Shown piece after piece: positions 1 to 8,742 of a DNA stretch of 64,000 nt; the stretch's first letter is position 1, and every line of letters begins with the position of its first letter. The notes under the pieces are model-generated. The model was not told the origin of the DNA. It searched no databases and was given only the letters and a program-made list of their open reading frames with translations. The position numbers and the translations under genes are program-made. This DNA comes from a virus (Duplodnaviria > Caudoviricetes), in IMG/VR virus record IMGVR_UViG_3300011008_000057, positions 2,205 through 66,204 of that record; one strand, written 5' to 3'.

Positions 1-61
1 TCGTTGCCTTTTTTTTTGCGATGGTGAATGTGGCGGCATCTTGGAAAAGTGTCATTTCTTC

Positions 62-92
62 CTTGTTTTTTGGTTGGAAAAGTGTACTTTTG
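62..92 (+). promoter_or_regulatory. Bacteroidota housekeeping-sigma promoter (-33/-7)
   Basis: TACTTTTG (TAnnTTTG) at 85-92, with CTTG at 62-65 and a 19-nt spacer. Confidence 0.6.
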
Positions 93-121
93 CGTTGCCA
101 ATCTATAAGCAGAAGGGGTTT

Positions 122-168
122 CGGGGCGCGGCTGGGCTGGATTCCGGTCGGTGCCCCGCGTTTTTTTT
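122..168 (+). terminator. Rho-independent terminator
   Basis: GC-rich stem CGGGGCGC-GGCTGG / CCGGTC-G-GTGCCCCG (122-158, with G:U pairs), followed by T8 at 161-168. Confidence 0.7.
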
Positions 169-329
169 GTTTTTGGCTGTATAAAAAACCGAGATATGCG
201 AAATCGGTTTTCCGGGCCGACCCTTGATTTTTGGAAATGATTTTTTGAGAATATGCTGAAAATCATCTTTTTACGATAATAGCAGCCAATTTCATCGACT
301 TTTGTTCTTAACATACCACGGATTTTGTA

Positions 330-337
330 TAATTTTG
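330..337 (+). promoter_or_regulatory. Bacteroidota -7 promoter element
   Basis: TAATTTTG 38 nt upstream of ATG 376; no well-spaced -33 element seen. Confidence 0.45.
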
Positions 338-375
338 CGTCGAAATCACAAAACGATGACACACAAACACTTTTA

Positions 376-846
376 ATGCCTAACGCCATTCCCGGCAAGC
401 CTTACGACATCGTATGTAAAGAGCACAGCCTGCCGGAGTTCCCCGACATGCTCTTCGGGGTATCAAATGACAACGGCCTGATGTACTTCAACGCATCGGC
501 ATATCTTAAGTCCAAAGGCCAAGACCTTAAACTGGCCGACTTCCTCAACTCCTACCAGCCGCTCATCAAAGCCTTGCAGGAAAGCTATTCGCTGCGTGAC
601 GACGAGGTGTGCAGGATCAACGGGGACGGGGATTTCGTAATTGAAGTGGATTTTGTCTACCTTTTCATCTGTTTTATTGACCATAATTTCGCTGGGTACA
701 TCAACGAGCGAATGAACGACCTGTTCTCGACCGGCGTCGCCGTGTCCGACAGCTTCGTCTTCCAGTCGGCCAAGAGCCGTCTGACCGCCGATGTGATAGC
801 GCGTATGCTGCAAGATGAAAAGGAAGACACCCCAAGGGCCCAGTAG
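376..846 (+). CDS. KilA-N-like phage DNA-binding protein
   Basis: ORF 325-846. The TTG start overlaps a promoter motif, so ATG 376 is preferred. LFG..DNGLMYFNASAYL resembles KilA-N/APSES N-termini. Confidence 0.5.
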   Translation: MPNAIPGKPYDIVCKEHSLPEFPDMLFGVSNDNGLMYFNASAYLKSKGQDLKLADFLNSYQPLIKALQESYSLRDDEVCRINGDGDFVIEVDFVYLFICFIDHNFAGYINERMNDLFSTGVAVSDSFVFQSAKSRLTADVIARMLQDEKEDTPRAQ

Positions 847-1147
847 GACACCGAGCCGCGTGGCCGTGTTCAGCCCAGGCAAAAAGCTCATCGGTGTGTT
901 CAGCTCGCAAACCCTGCTGGCCAAGTTCATGGACGTGAGCACCCCTTCCGTACACTATGCCTGCGACGGCACCACTGTGGCCTGCAAGGGCTTCTACCTT
1001 CGCCCGCTCGACAATATCGACCTTGACATTCCAGACGACTTCGGCACCCTCACCCTTGAAGAGTTCGACGACCTCAACGGCGAAAAGCGCGTCACTTACC
1101 CTGACCGTGGAATGAGAAAGAAACGCACAACGAAAGTACCGGCATGA
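815..1147 (+). CDS. NUMOD1-like small DNA-binding protein
   Basis: VAVFSPGKKLIGVFSSQTLLAKFMDVSTPSVHYAC resembles a NUMOD1/HTH module. Confidence 0.5.
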   Translation: MKRKTPQGPSRTPSRVAVFSPGKKLIGVFSSQTLLAKFMDVSTPSVHYACDGTTVACKGFYLRPLDNIDLDIPDDFGTLTLEEFDDLNGEKRVTYPDRGMRKKRTTKVPA

Positions 1148-1966
1148 ACGACCTCGACAAGAAAATACAATCTTCTATCCGTCTGATTAAGGCACTTGAC
1201 GGCCTTGAGCCTGAACTTGCTTATTCCGGTGGCAAGGATAGCGATGTGATTCTTGCGCTTACGCAAATGAGCGGAATCAAGTTCCGTCCAATCTATAAGA
1301 TGACGACCATTGATCCGCCCGGCACCCTCACGCATGTCAAATCAAAAGGTGTCGAAATCCATAAACCCAACCTCACGTTCTTTGAAATTATTCGTGAGCA
1401 CGGGATGCCAAACAGCAATTACAGGGTGTGTTGCGTTTACTTGAAAGAATACAAAATTCTCGACAAGGCGATTCTTGGAATCAGACAGGACGAAAGCACG
1501 AAGAGGAAGAAAAGATACAAGGAGTTTTCGCAATGCAGGGTTTACGAGAACAAAGACAGGGTTGAGCAATTCTTCCCCATACTGAATTGGAGTAATGATG
1601 ACATCAGCACCTTTGTCAATCACTTCGGCATCCAATGCGCTCCGTTGTATTATGATGAAGACGGGAATTTCGATGTAACCAGAAGATTAGGCTGCATGTG
1701 TTGCCCATTGAGGGCCGACAAAGGGCTTGCTCATTTCAAGCGATACCCGAAGTTCGTCAAACTATGGATTAGGGGGGGGTCAATTCATTGATAATCATAA
1801 AGATAGCAAAACAGCAAAGAAATATGGAAACGCATACAACCGATTCTTCGCTACCGTGTTCTGCAAGTCGTACCAAGACTACATCTACAAGACAACAGGC
1901 TTGTTCGGCAATCTCAACACCAAGCAATGGCTTGAAGATTACTTCAAGATAGACTTAACAGTTTGA
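1144..1966 (+). pseudogene. PAPS reductase-family protein, frameshifted at G8 tract (1772-1779)
   Basis: PP-loop AYSGGKDS, GIR and RLGCMCCP motifs in 1144-1791. The C-terminal part (GGQFIDNHK...LEDYFKIDL) continues in the +1 frame to 1966; G7 would give one 273-aa ORF. Confidence 0.75.
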
Positions 1967-2319
1967 AAACAATAAACGAAATGATTAATAGCAACATGTT
2001 TGTCGGAGAGCCGACGATAAAAGACTACCGGGATATGATACTCGAAGACATTCTCGAAGAGTATCTTTTGTTCAAAGGCACAACGGATTCACGAGGACTT
2101 CCTTGTAACCAAAGTGTTTCCCCAAAAGAACTTGTATCCTCTGGCTTATTCATATACAGGCTAAAGGACAATCCAACCAACAGAACCAGTATTGCCTACT
2201 ATTGCGAAAGGCAGGCAAGGAAAAACCTTTGGATGGACGGGAATAAAATCATGATTCCGAAGGAAGTATGGGAAAAATGTAATGAAATCAACAATAAATA
2301 CAAACAAACGAAACAATGA
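1963..2319 (+). CDS. hypothetical phage protein
   Basis: ORF coupled to both neighbours by overlapping stop/start; start may be ATG 1981. Confidence 0.6.
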   Translation: MKTINEMINSNMFVGEPTIKDYRDMILEDILEEYLLFKGTTDSRGLPCNQSVSPKELVSSGLFIYRLKDNPTNRTSIAYYCERQARKNLWMDGNKIMIPKEVWEKCNEINNKYKQTKQ

Positions 2320-2837
2320 AAACATACATCGCAATAGACCCAGGGAAAGAAGGCTTCATCACCATCAGACACGACAACGGTCTGTTTGAGTTTATCCCAA
2401 TTGAAGGCTGCGACATCCACAATTTGGCACTGAAATTCCAGCAACTCCATTTGTCAAAAGACGTGTTCGCTGTCATGGAGGAAGTACACGCCATATTTGG
2501 ATCGTCGGCAAAGGCCACATTTGCCTTCGGTGAAATCAACGGCTTGCTGAAGGGCTTGCTCATCGCCACGGGCATACCCTACCAACTCGTTCAGCCAAAG
2601 ACATGGCAGAAGGAGATTTGGATCAACCAGGACATGGTTGTGGAGCACAAGAAGGTCGTCGTGAAAGGCGTGGAGCAGAGCCGGAAGGAAGTCAACACCA
2701 AGCAGACATCTTTCAACGCCGCCAAGCGGCTATTCCCTGACATCGACCTGCGCAAGAGCGAGCGCTGCCGCAACTGGGACGACAACAAAGTGGACAGTTT
2801 GCTGCTCTGCGAATACGCGAGAAGGAAGAACCTATAA
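2316..2837 (+). CDS. RuvC-like Holliday junction resolvase
   Basis: YIAIDPG, VMEEVHA, FAFG, PKTWQK and DSLLL motifs typical of phage RuvC-like nucleases. Confidence 0.8.
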   Translation: MKTYIAIDPGKEGFITIRHDNGLFEFIPIEGCDIHNLALKFQQLHLSKDVFAVMEEVHAIFGSSAKATFAFGEINGLLKGLLIATGIPYQLVQPKTWQKEIWINQDMVVEHKKVVVKGVEQSRKEVNTKQTSFNAAKRLFPDIDLRKSERCRNWDDNKVDSLLLCEYARRKNL

Positions 2838-2861
2838 CACTAACAATAAAATCACACTACA

Positions 2862-3107
2862 ATGACAAGAACAGAAGAAATCGTTGCCAACAAGCAACTC
2901 AGAAAAGACTTGGACGAGAAAATCCAACAAGTGAAGGGCCTGCCAGCAAGCCGCGAGCGCAGCCTGGCCATCACCAAGTTGCAGGAAGCCGTCATGTGGC
3001 TCGGCATGGACCTGAAACGCCTCAACGAGGAAGACCCTTACCCGCACAGCAAAGACCCAGGCTCAGGCGACGTGATTGACCCTACGGCACAAGGACTGAA
3101 ATTCTAA
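2862..3107 (+). CDS. Acb2/Tad1-like hairpin protein (candidate anti-defence sponge)
   Basis: SRERSLAITKLQEAVMWL resembles the Tad1 helix SRENACALTHVEEALMW. Confidence 0.55.
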   Translation: MTRTEEIVANKQLRKDLDEKIQQVKGLPASRERSLAITKLQEAVMWLGMDLKRLNEEDPYPHSKDPGSGDVIDPTAQGLKF

Positions 3108-3112
3108 CAGCC

Positions 3113-3838
3113 ATGAGACTGAAACACATTACATTCACCGGCATTGACGCAAAGACTGAGATTACGGCTTTGGAGGCTATTCAAAAGCAATACCCAATCG
3201 CTGAGTTCGGCGTGCTGACGAGTTATCGCTGGTACGAGAACGGCAACCGCTATCTCGACCCGAAAAACATGAGCCTTCTTTATGGCAGCGGTCTTAAAGG
3301 AGATCTTAATCTTGCCCTTCACATCTGCGGTTCTGCCGCCCATGATGCAGCCACCGGATATTGGGATAAAATCGACAAGTTCACACGCCGTTGCCTCTGC
3401 ATGTTCAATAGAATACAACTCAACATTGCCAACCGAAAAGACAATCCGAAACATTGTTGGATGCCGTCTGTTGTTGGGCAGGAAATCATCATTCAGCAGC
3501 GAAATGCCAACGAACTCGATTTGTTCAACCACACGATGGAGGAACACAAACACAGGCTATGCCTTGGATCATTCTCCGTGCTTCTTGATGCTTCAGGCGG
3601 TCGTGGCATTGACACCCCTATTGAAGTGCTCAAAGGCAATTACAAGGTTGGTTATGCTGGAGGCATGAATCCTGATAATGTCGGTGAGAAGTTGTCGTAT
3701 CTCATGGAGAATGTAGATGGCGACTTCTGGATTGACATGGAAAGCGGGGTCAGAACCGACGATTGGTTTGACCTTGACAAGGTGGTCAAGGTATTGGAAA
3801 TCTGTACAAAAGTAATTGACGAACACAAGAACGACTAA
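3113..3838 (+). CDS. Phosphoribosylanthranilate isomerase (TrpF)-like TIM-barrel protein
   Basis: LLDASGGRG, GYAGGMNPDNV and WIDMESGVRT are phosphate-binding barrel motifs. Confidence 0.7.
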   Translation: MRLKHITFTGIDAKTEITALEAIQKQYPIAEFGVLTSYRWYENGNRYLDPKNMSLLYGSGLKGDLNLALHICGSAAHDAATGYWDKIDKFTRRCLCMFNRIQLNIANRKDNPKHCWMPSVVGQEIIIQQRNANELDLFNHTMEEHKHRLCLGSFSVLLDASGGRGIDTPIEVLKGNYKVGYAGGMNPDNVGEKLSYLMENVDGDFWIDMESGVRTDDWFDLDKVVKVLEICTKVIDEHKND

Positions 3839-3840
3839 CC

Positions 3841-4356
3841 ATGAAAACAATCGAACTATCGGACCAGGACTATGAGTTCCTGAAAGAGCTTCAGCACGAG
3901 CTGAACACACAGACAACCGACGGCAACGCCCAACCCGTCTACTGGGGCGTGATGGAAACCAGAGAAGAAGGCGTGCCAGACGGCTGTGGCGAGCCTCGCG
4001 TCTACATGGGCGACGGAGGCACGCTCAGCCTCGACGATGCCATTGAATACACGGAAGAGTACATCACCGACGGAAACCGTGAACAATGGGAACGGCTTGA
4101 CAAGACCAGCATGGAAGATTTCGTCGGATTCTGCAATGAAGAACTACGATGGAACGATGTGAGGGTTGTGGATGTAGAGAGGAAGTCGATCCTGTCGGAA
4201 ACCACCGGTGCGTTCCTCACCAAACGCGCCTGCCAGCAGTATATCGAAAAATACGGCTACAACCACAGCAACCCTCAAACATACGCGATGACCGCATACC
4301 GCAACTTCGAACTGGAGAGACTGCTCACTATTTTAAGAACCATAAGCATGATTTGA
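3841..4356 (+). CDS. hypothetical phage protein
   Basis: 171-aa ORF in operon with phage-like codon usage. Confidence 0.7.
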   Translation: MKTIELSDQDYEFLKELQHELNTQTTDGNAQPVYWGVMETREEGVPDGCGEPRVYMGDGGTLSLDDAIEYTEEYITDGNREQWERLDKTSMEDFVGFCNEELRWNDVRVVDVERKSILSETTGAFLTKRACQQYIEKYGYNHSNPQTYAMTAYRNFELERLLTILRTISMI

Positions 4357-4357
4357 A

Positions 4358-4624
4358 ATGAAATCAGATTATTCACCAGGAGAAATCCTATTTGAAGAAG
4401 ACACCCAACAGCCTTTCATACACGACGGATGGGTAACAGCAGATGGTCTTGGTATTGTCATAGGCTTTGCCGAGCACAAAGGAGAATGGGTGCTCTGCCG
4501 CACATCTGGAATGGGTAATTTCCAAACATCCAGTAAGGTGAGATTGGCAACTGAAGAAGAAAAAGAATGGCTGATGAACCAAATCGCCATCGCAAAGAGC
4601 ATTCCGTTTTACAGTTGTATTTAG
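4358..4624 (+). CDS. hypothetical phage protein
   Basis: 88-aa ORF abutting both neighbours. Confidence 0.6.
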   Translation: MKSDYSPGEILFEEDTQQPFIHDGWVTADGLGIVIGFAEHKGEWVLCRTSGMGNFQTSSKVRLATEEEKEWLMNQIAIAKSIPFYSCI

Positions 4625-4629
4625 CAACC

Positions 4630-5496
4630 ATGACCCAAGACAAGCCGATATACACCGAGGAATCCATGCAAAGGCAGCTTTCGCGTTTCTTCGCCTATAG
4701 TTCCGTCAAGTACGACATCGACGGCCTGTATGTGTTCGGGTGGGAAAGCGACAAGTTGCTTGAAACCCGGTCGGGCTACATCTATGAGTTTGAAATCAAG
4801 ATCAGCCGCGCCGACTTCAAGAACGACTTCAAGCACAAGAGGAACAAGCACATCGTCCTCAACTCGCCTTTCACCGGAGAGAAGTACCTGCCTGAGTTTT
4901 GGGATTTCTATGAGGCCAACAAGCACAGGTTCGCCTCGGTTGAGGCTTGGGAGGGGTATTGCGAGAAGCATGGCAGGACCTGTCTCGTCGCCAACCACAA
5001 GAAGCCGAACTACTTCTACTATGCCGTCCCGCCCGATCTGATAGCCGTTGACGAGGTTCCGCAGTATGCCGGTCTGGTCTATGTGAAGGACTATGCTTTC
5101 GACATCATCAAGAAGGCCCCGCTCCTTCACAAGGAGAAATACTCAGACGACCAGTTAGGGTTGGGTGAGAAGTTCTACTACAACATGGTCTCGTGGCGGC
5201 AGAAGTGCAACACGGCAAAAGAGGAGCGCGACATGTACAGGGAGAAACTGGATGCCGAAATCAAGACCAAGGGGCAGGAAGGGGCTTATTTCGACTTGAA
5301 ACGGGAGTGCGAGAACATGACCGACCTTTTCGAAGAGTCTCAGCGCGAATTGAGCGAACTCCGAAAGCTCAGATACGGGGATTTGAGGGACCATCGGCGC
5401 ATCGAACGCGCTATGGCTGCTGAAATCAGGAAGCATGACCCCGGCTTCAACTACATTGATTTTGAAAAAGAGATATTAAACAACGAACAGCAATGA
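4630..5496 (+). CDS. MmcB-like / PD-(D/E)xK nuclease-fold protein
   Basis: ESD...YEFEIKISRADFKNDF and PNYFYYAVP motifs; ATG 4630 preferred as start. Confidence 0.6.
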   Translation: MTQDKPIYTEESMQRQLSRFFAYSSVKYDIDGLYVFGWESDKLLETRSGYIYEFEIKISRADFKNDFKHKRNKHIVLNSPFTGEKYLPEFWDFYEANKHRFASVEAWEGYCEKHGRTCLVANHKKPNYFYYAVPPDLIAVDEVPQYAGLVYVKDYAFDIIKKAPLLHKEKYSDDQLGLGEKFYYNMVSWRQKCNTAKEERDMYREKLDAEIKTKGQEGAYFDLKRECENMTDLFEESQRELSELRKLRYGDLRDHRRIERAMAAEIRKHDPGFNYIDFEKEILNNEQQ

Positions 5497-5975
5497 AAAC
5501 AGAAGTGTTAGACAAAATCAGAGAATGGTATTTCCTGCATGACCCAGAAGAAGTCTGCTACATCGAAAAGTACGACAACGAAGGTTATATGATTGAAGAG
5601 ATTGATGGCGACTATTGCTATGGATGCGCAAAGGAGAAAGCCGAACAACTTGACAAGGAATGTGGCGGAGGTGTATATCACGAAGTCCATAAGGAATCGT
5701 TACCTGAGAACGACCATCTGGCCTATTGTACAGATTGCGGCTGCCTGCTCAATGCTTCTTTGATTACAAGTGAACTTGCTGATGATGACATTGACGAACT
5801 CGTTGAGGATTTGCACAATGTAAAACAATTCGATGATGTTCAAGGCGAACTTGCATGGAAAATATGGCAGTTTTTCACCGACGAGGACGAATTTCGCAAA
5901 TTGTTCCCGAAGCAAATGAAGTATATATCAAGGCGACTAAACAACTTGTATAACAAAAGCTATAAGGAGGACTGA
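5493..5975 (+). CDS. hypothetical phage protein (CxxC motifs)
   Basis: 160-aa ORF with CYGC and CTDC; ATGA overlap. Confidence 0.65.
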   Translation: MKTEVLDKIREWYFLHDPEEVCYIEKYDNEGYMIEEIDGDYCYGCAKEKAEQLDKECGGGVYHEVHKESLPENDHLAYCTDCGCLLNASLITSELADDDIDELVEDLHNVKQFDDVQGELAWKIWQFFTDEDEFRKLFPKQMKYISRRLNNLYNKSYKED

Positions 5976-5977
5976 AA

Positions 5978-6178
5978 ATGACCACTTACGACCTTGACAA
6001 CAATAAAACAGGATGGGTTCTTTTGCCTGGTGACGCAGATGACATTGTTGCCCACTACAAAGACGGGCATAAAGAAACAATGAAAGTATGGCAGTTTGTC
6101 GCATTAGGCAAAAAGCAGAGGAACCTAATCACAAAGATTGATTGCTATTGTAAAGGAGAAAAGATAAAGGAGGATTGA
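5978..6178 (+). CDS. hypothetical phage protein
   Basis: 66-aa ORF tightly spaced in operon. Confidence 0.55.
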   Translation: MTTYDLDNNKTGWVLLPGDADDIVAHYKDGHKETMKVWQFVALGKKQRNLITKIDCYCKGEKIKED

Positions 6179-6181
6179 GAT

Positions 6182-6514
6182 ATGGGTTTCAAAACAGGCG
6201 GGTTGAAGGCTATATATAGACCTCCAACATCAGGTTATGAGCCAGAGAGAATATTCACTATTTACACGGCTTGCGAAAGTGTAAGTGATATGAGTGGCTA
6301 TATCATGCTTGACGAGAAAGGCAAGAAGGTAGACATAATGGAATATTGGGAAGATGATACTGCTGTTGGTCAGGAGTCTCTTATTGACGTGCTTTACTAT
6401 CTCAAGCATTTTGATGTTGGAGTATATGACTTTGGCGCTAAATGGAGAGAAATTACCATTGAAGCAATGACTTCCGAAGAAATGGAAAAACTGTTTATTA
6501 ACAAAGGTATATGA
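6182..6514 (+). CDS. hypothetical phage protein
   Basis: 110-aa ORF in operon. Confidence 0.6.
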   Translation: MGFKTGGLKAIYRPPTSGYEPERIFTIYTACESVSDMSGYIMLDEKGKKVDIMEYWEDDTAVGQESLIDVLYYLKHFDVGVYDFGAKWREITIEAMTSEEMEKLFINKGI

Positions 6515-6708
6515 TTACAAAAACACTGATTGACCACGAACCATTTGTTGCCGCGCTCAACGCGATGATTACCGCACGGAAAAGAATCATGTCCGGCAGC
6601 AGCTACTCGCCCGAAGCAAAGCAGAAGGCAGAACACGAAACGGGTGTCATCAAGCAGGTGCTTGGAATGACAAACGATTCGAGATACAGAAAGGAGATTA
6701 CGCTATGA
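6511..6708 (+). CDS. hypothetical phage protein
   Basis: 65-aa ORF with ATGA overlaps on both sides. Confidence 0.6.
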   Translation: MITKTLIDHEPFVAALNAMITARKRIMSGSSYSPEAKQKAEHETGVIKQVLGMTNDSRYRKEITL

Positions 6709-6947
6709 CACCACTTGAAGAATGGCAGGTAAAAGATATCGAGGACACCTTGCGCCTCGTGTCAAACATGATGGATGCGCCCAAACGCGAATCATGCCTT
6801 GCGCGTAAGGTTATGACGTGCTGGAACTGGGTCACGGACGCGCTCAACGATGTGCCGATTGAAGAAACATCGAAGAACGGCGTCATGTATAGGATGAGAG
6901 TCGGACAAATGCCAGGTGACGACAACAAACGAATAAACACAAAATAA
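6705..6947 (+). CDS. hypothetical phage protein
   Basis: 80-aa ORF, ATGA overlap. Confidence 0.6.
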   Translation: MTPLEEWQVKDIEDTLRLVSNMMDAPKRESCLARKVMTCWNWVTDALNDVPIEETSKNGVMYRMRVGQMPGDDNKRINTK

Positions 6948-6949
6948 CC

Positions 6950-7432
6950 ATGAGCACACGACCATTAGGATGGACAACCTTAGAAGAGTCCGAGAGATTG
7001 GCGAAGGCTGGATTGGACAGCAACACCGCCGACATGATGTATTATCAGACACCGCAAGATGTTTTAGACCCCAACAACGGAGTCAGCAGTTTTGGAATCC
7101 TGCTGAACCTGTACCCTGATTTCAATACGGTAAAGAAGGACATGGAGCAATTCTATTCCGGCTACAAAGGCCCAGTCCCGGTGTTCTTCAAGCCTTGCTG
7201 GTCGCTCGGCAAACTGTTTGACTTGCTGCCGGAAACCATATACGGCGAAGGCTTCCAATTCGGGAAACACTTGGAATACTACGATGAATTTGACTTTGAG
7301 ATAGAATACTATTCCTCACAATGCCATCGCACAATCGAATGGTGGCACGGAGAAGTGATTATCGAGGTGGCTGTGGATGCCTTGGCCTGGCTTTCGGAAC
7401 ATGGCCATATCGAAAAACCAGCAGCAAAATGA
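6950..7432 (+). CDS. hypothetical phage protein
   Basis: 160-aa ORF (TTLEESERLAKAGLDSNTADM...PCWSLGKL) in operon. Confidence 0.7.
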   Translation: MSTRPLGWTTLEESERLAKAGLDSNTADMMYYQTPQDVLDPNNGVSSFGILLNLYPDFNTVKKDMEQFYSGYKGPVPVFFKPCWSLGKLFDLLPETIYGEGFQFGKHLEYYDEFDFEIEYYSSQCHRTIEWWHGEVIIEVAVDALAWLSEHGHIEKPAAK

Positions 7433-7542
7433 ATGAGCGATGCGCATGGTACGACCCTTTCTGGTGCGACCCTTCGGAATGCGAAGGATGCGCATCCTTC
7501 ATTGGAAAAGAAACAGAACAACAACTAACACTTGAACTATGA
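7429..7542 (+). CDS. small Cys-rich hypothetical protein (37 aa)
   Basis: ATGA overlap with the upstream stop; MNERCAWYDPFWCDPSECEGCASF... Confidence 0.5.
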   Translation: MNERCAWYDPFWCDPSECEGCASFIGKETEQQLTLEL

Positions 7543-7724
7543 GCCCATTCGCAACAAATACAGTCAAAGTCGACGTGCTTACCCAATCCGGGTGGCAGAC
7601 ATTCGACACGATAAAGGAAGCCGCAGCGCACATCGGAGTCTCGCATTCGTGCCTGACCGTTGCCCTGCGCAAGGAAAAGCCATGCAAAGGATTCATTGTA
7701 AGACATCACGAAGAAAACACATGA
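7539..7724 (+). CDS. NUMOD1-like HTH protein
   Basis: FDTIKEAAAHIGVSHSCLTVAL...CKGF pattern. Confidence 0.55.
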   Translation: MSPFATNTVKVDVLTQSGWQTFDTIKEAAAHIGVSHSCLTVALRKEKPCKGFIVRHHEENT

Positions 7725-7727
7725 CCA

Positions 7728-8099
7728 ATGACAACTGAAGAACAACGAGAACAAAGGAGAAGGGAGTTTTCGGAAGGCGGCGCAAATCCGAAATACAATT
7801 CCTCTCACGCCAAATGCAAAAGATGCGGTAAGACAATCTACGCGCCAATGCCAAGCAACGTCCACCTCAAAGAATGGGGATGCCCGACATGGACCATCCT
7901 TATCGTTGCATATCTCGATGACAGAGGATGGAAAGTGGTTAGAACGGAGAGGTTCGGTGGCGATTTCGTTTGCCCTGATTGCCTAACCGATGCTGACAAG
8001 AACATAGTGCATCCTCTGGAATGTGCCACGAAAGCAAACGAGCCGTACAAGGAATGGGTAGAAAAAATGAGGCAGAAATATCAATACTTTGAGCCATGA
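7728..8099 (+). CDS. Zn-finger-like hypothetical protein
   Basis: CKRCG and CPDC motifs. Confidence 0.6.
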   Translation: MTTEEQREQRRREFSEGGANPKYNSSHAKCKRCGKTIYAPMPSNVHLKEWGCPTWTILIVAYLDDRGWKVVRTERFGGDFVCPDCLTDADKNIVHPLECATKANEPYKEWVEKMRQKYQYFEP

Positions 8100-8227
8100 C
8101 ACAAAAGGAACCCTTCATAGCAATTCCAATTCAAGAATGCCCATACTTCCCACAACCTTGCCCATATCACAGGCATTGGCCTTGCTATGATTGTCCAGCA
8201 ATACCAAATGTAAACACAGGAAAATGA
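8096..8227 (+). CDS. small Cys-rich hypothetical protein (43 aa)
   Basis: Read manually: MTQKEPFIAIPIQECPYFPQPCPYHRHWPCYDCPAIPNVNTGK; ATGA overlaps at both ends. Confidence 0.5.
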   Translation: MTQKEPFIAIPIQECPYFPQPCPYHRHWPCYDCPAIPNVNTGK

Positions 8228-8739
8228 AAAAAGTCTATCAAAGAATTATGGACCCCCAACGTGGCGATTGCTTCAAATGCGCAATATGCTCGCTATTCGG
8301 TCTTGATTACGAAGCGGTTCCGAACTTCTCCGAACTATACGGCAGCGGCGAATGGTTCGTGCAAGCATACAAGTTCATAGAAAAACTCGGATACGAATAC
8401 TCGGCTGACACCCTGTGGAACCCCAATGTCCATTTCCTCGAAAACCCGACGGACTGCTGTTTCAACGATAGGATTGTCGCGGCAGACAAAACCCTCGACG
8501 CTCTGACTCTGGAAGACGGAATCGACGGTCTGTTCCTGGCCTCGGTGTATTCTCCTAAGTATTCTGATCCGAATGAGCACCCGATGAGCCACTTGCACGC
8601 AGTAATATGCGACAAGAACTTCAACATCGTGTTTGACCCGAACCCCAACTATGACGGCATATTGTGCTATCCATACTCGAAGCTGATCGGGTACAACGGG
8701 ATCAGAACCATTGACACGTTCAACAAATTAAGACAATGA
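8224..8739 (+). CDS. hypothetical protein, possible Cys-His-Asp (papain-like) fold
   Basis: GDCFKCAICSL...HAVI...VFDPNP; ATG 8224 preferred as start. Confidence 0.55.
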   Translation: MKKVYQRIMDPQRGDCFKCAICSLFGLDYEAVPNFSELYGSGEWFVQAYKFIEKLGYEYSADTLWNPNVHFLENPTDCCFNDRIVAADKTLDALTLEDGIDGLFLASVYSPKYSDPNEHPMSHLHAVICDKNFNIVFDPNPNYDGILCYPYSKLIGYNGIRTIDTFNKLRQ

Positions 8740-8742
8740 CCA

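Noticed and set aside
41-85. TTGGAAAAGTGT direct repeat (41-52, 74-85; similar at 41165 and 51793) as repressor operators
   Set aside because: A-rich AAAAGTGT commonly precedes Bacteroidota -7 elements, it is not palindromic, and one copy lies inside a CDS; insufficient support.
325-375. TTG start at 325 for the KilA-N-like gene
   Set aside because: It overlaps a TAnnTTTG promoter element; ATG 376 is more plausible.
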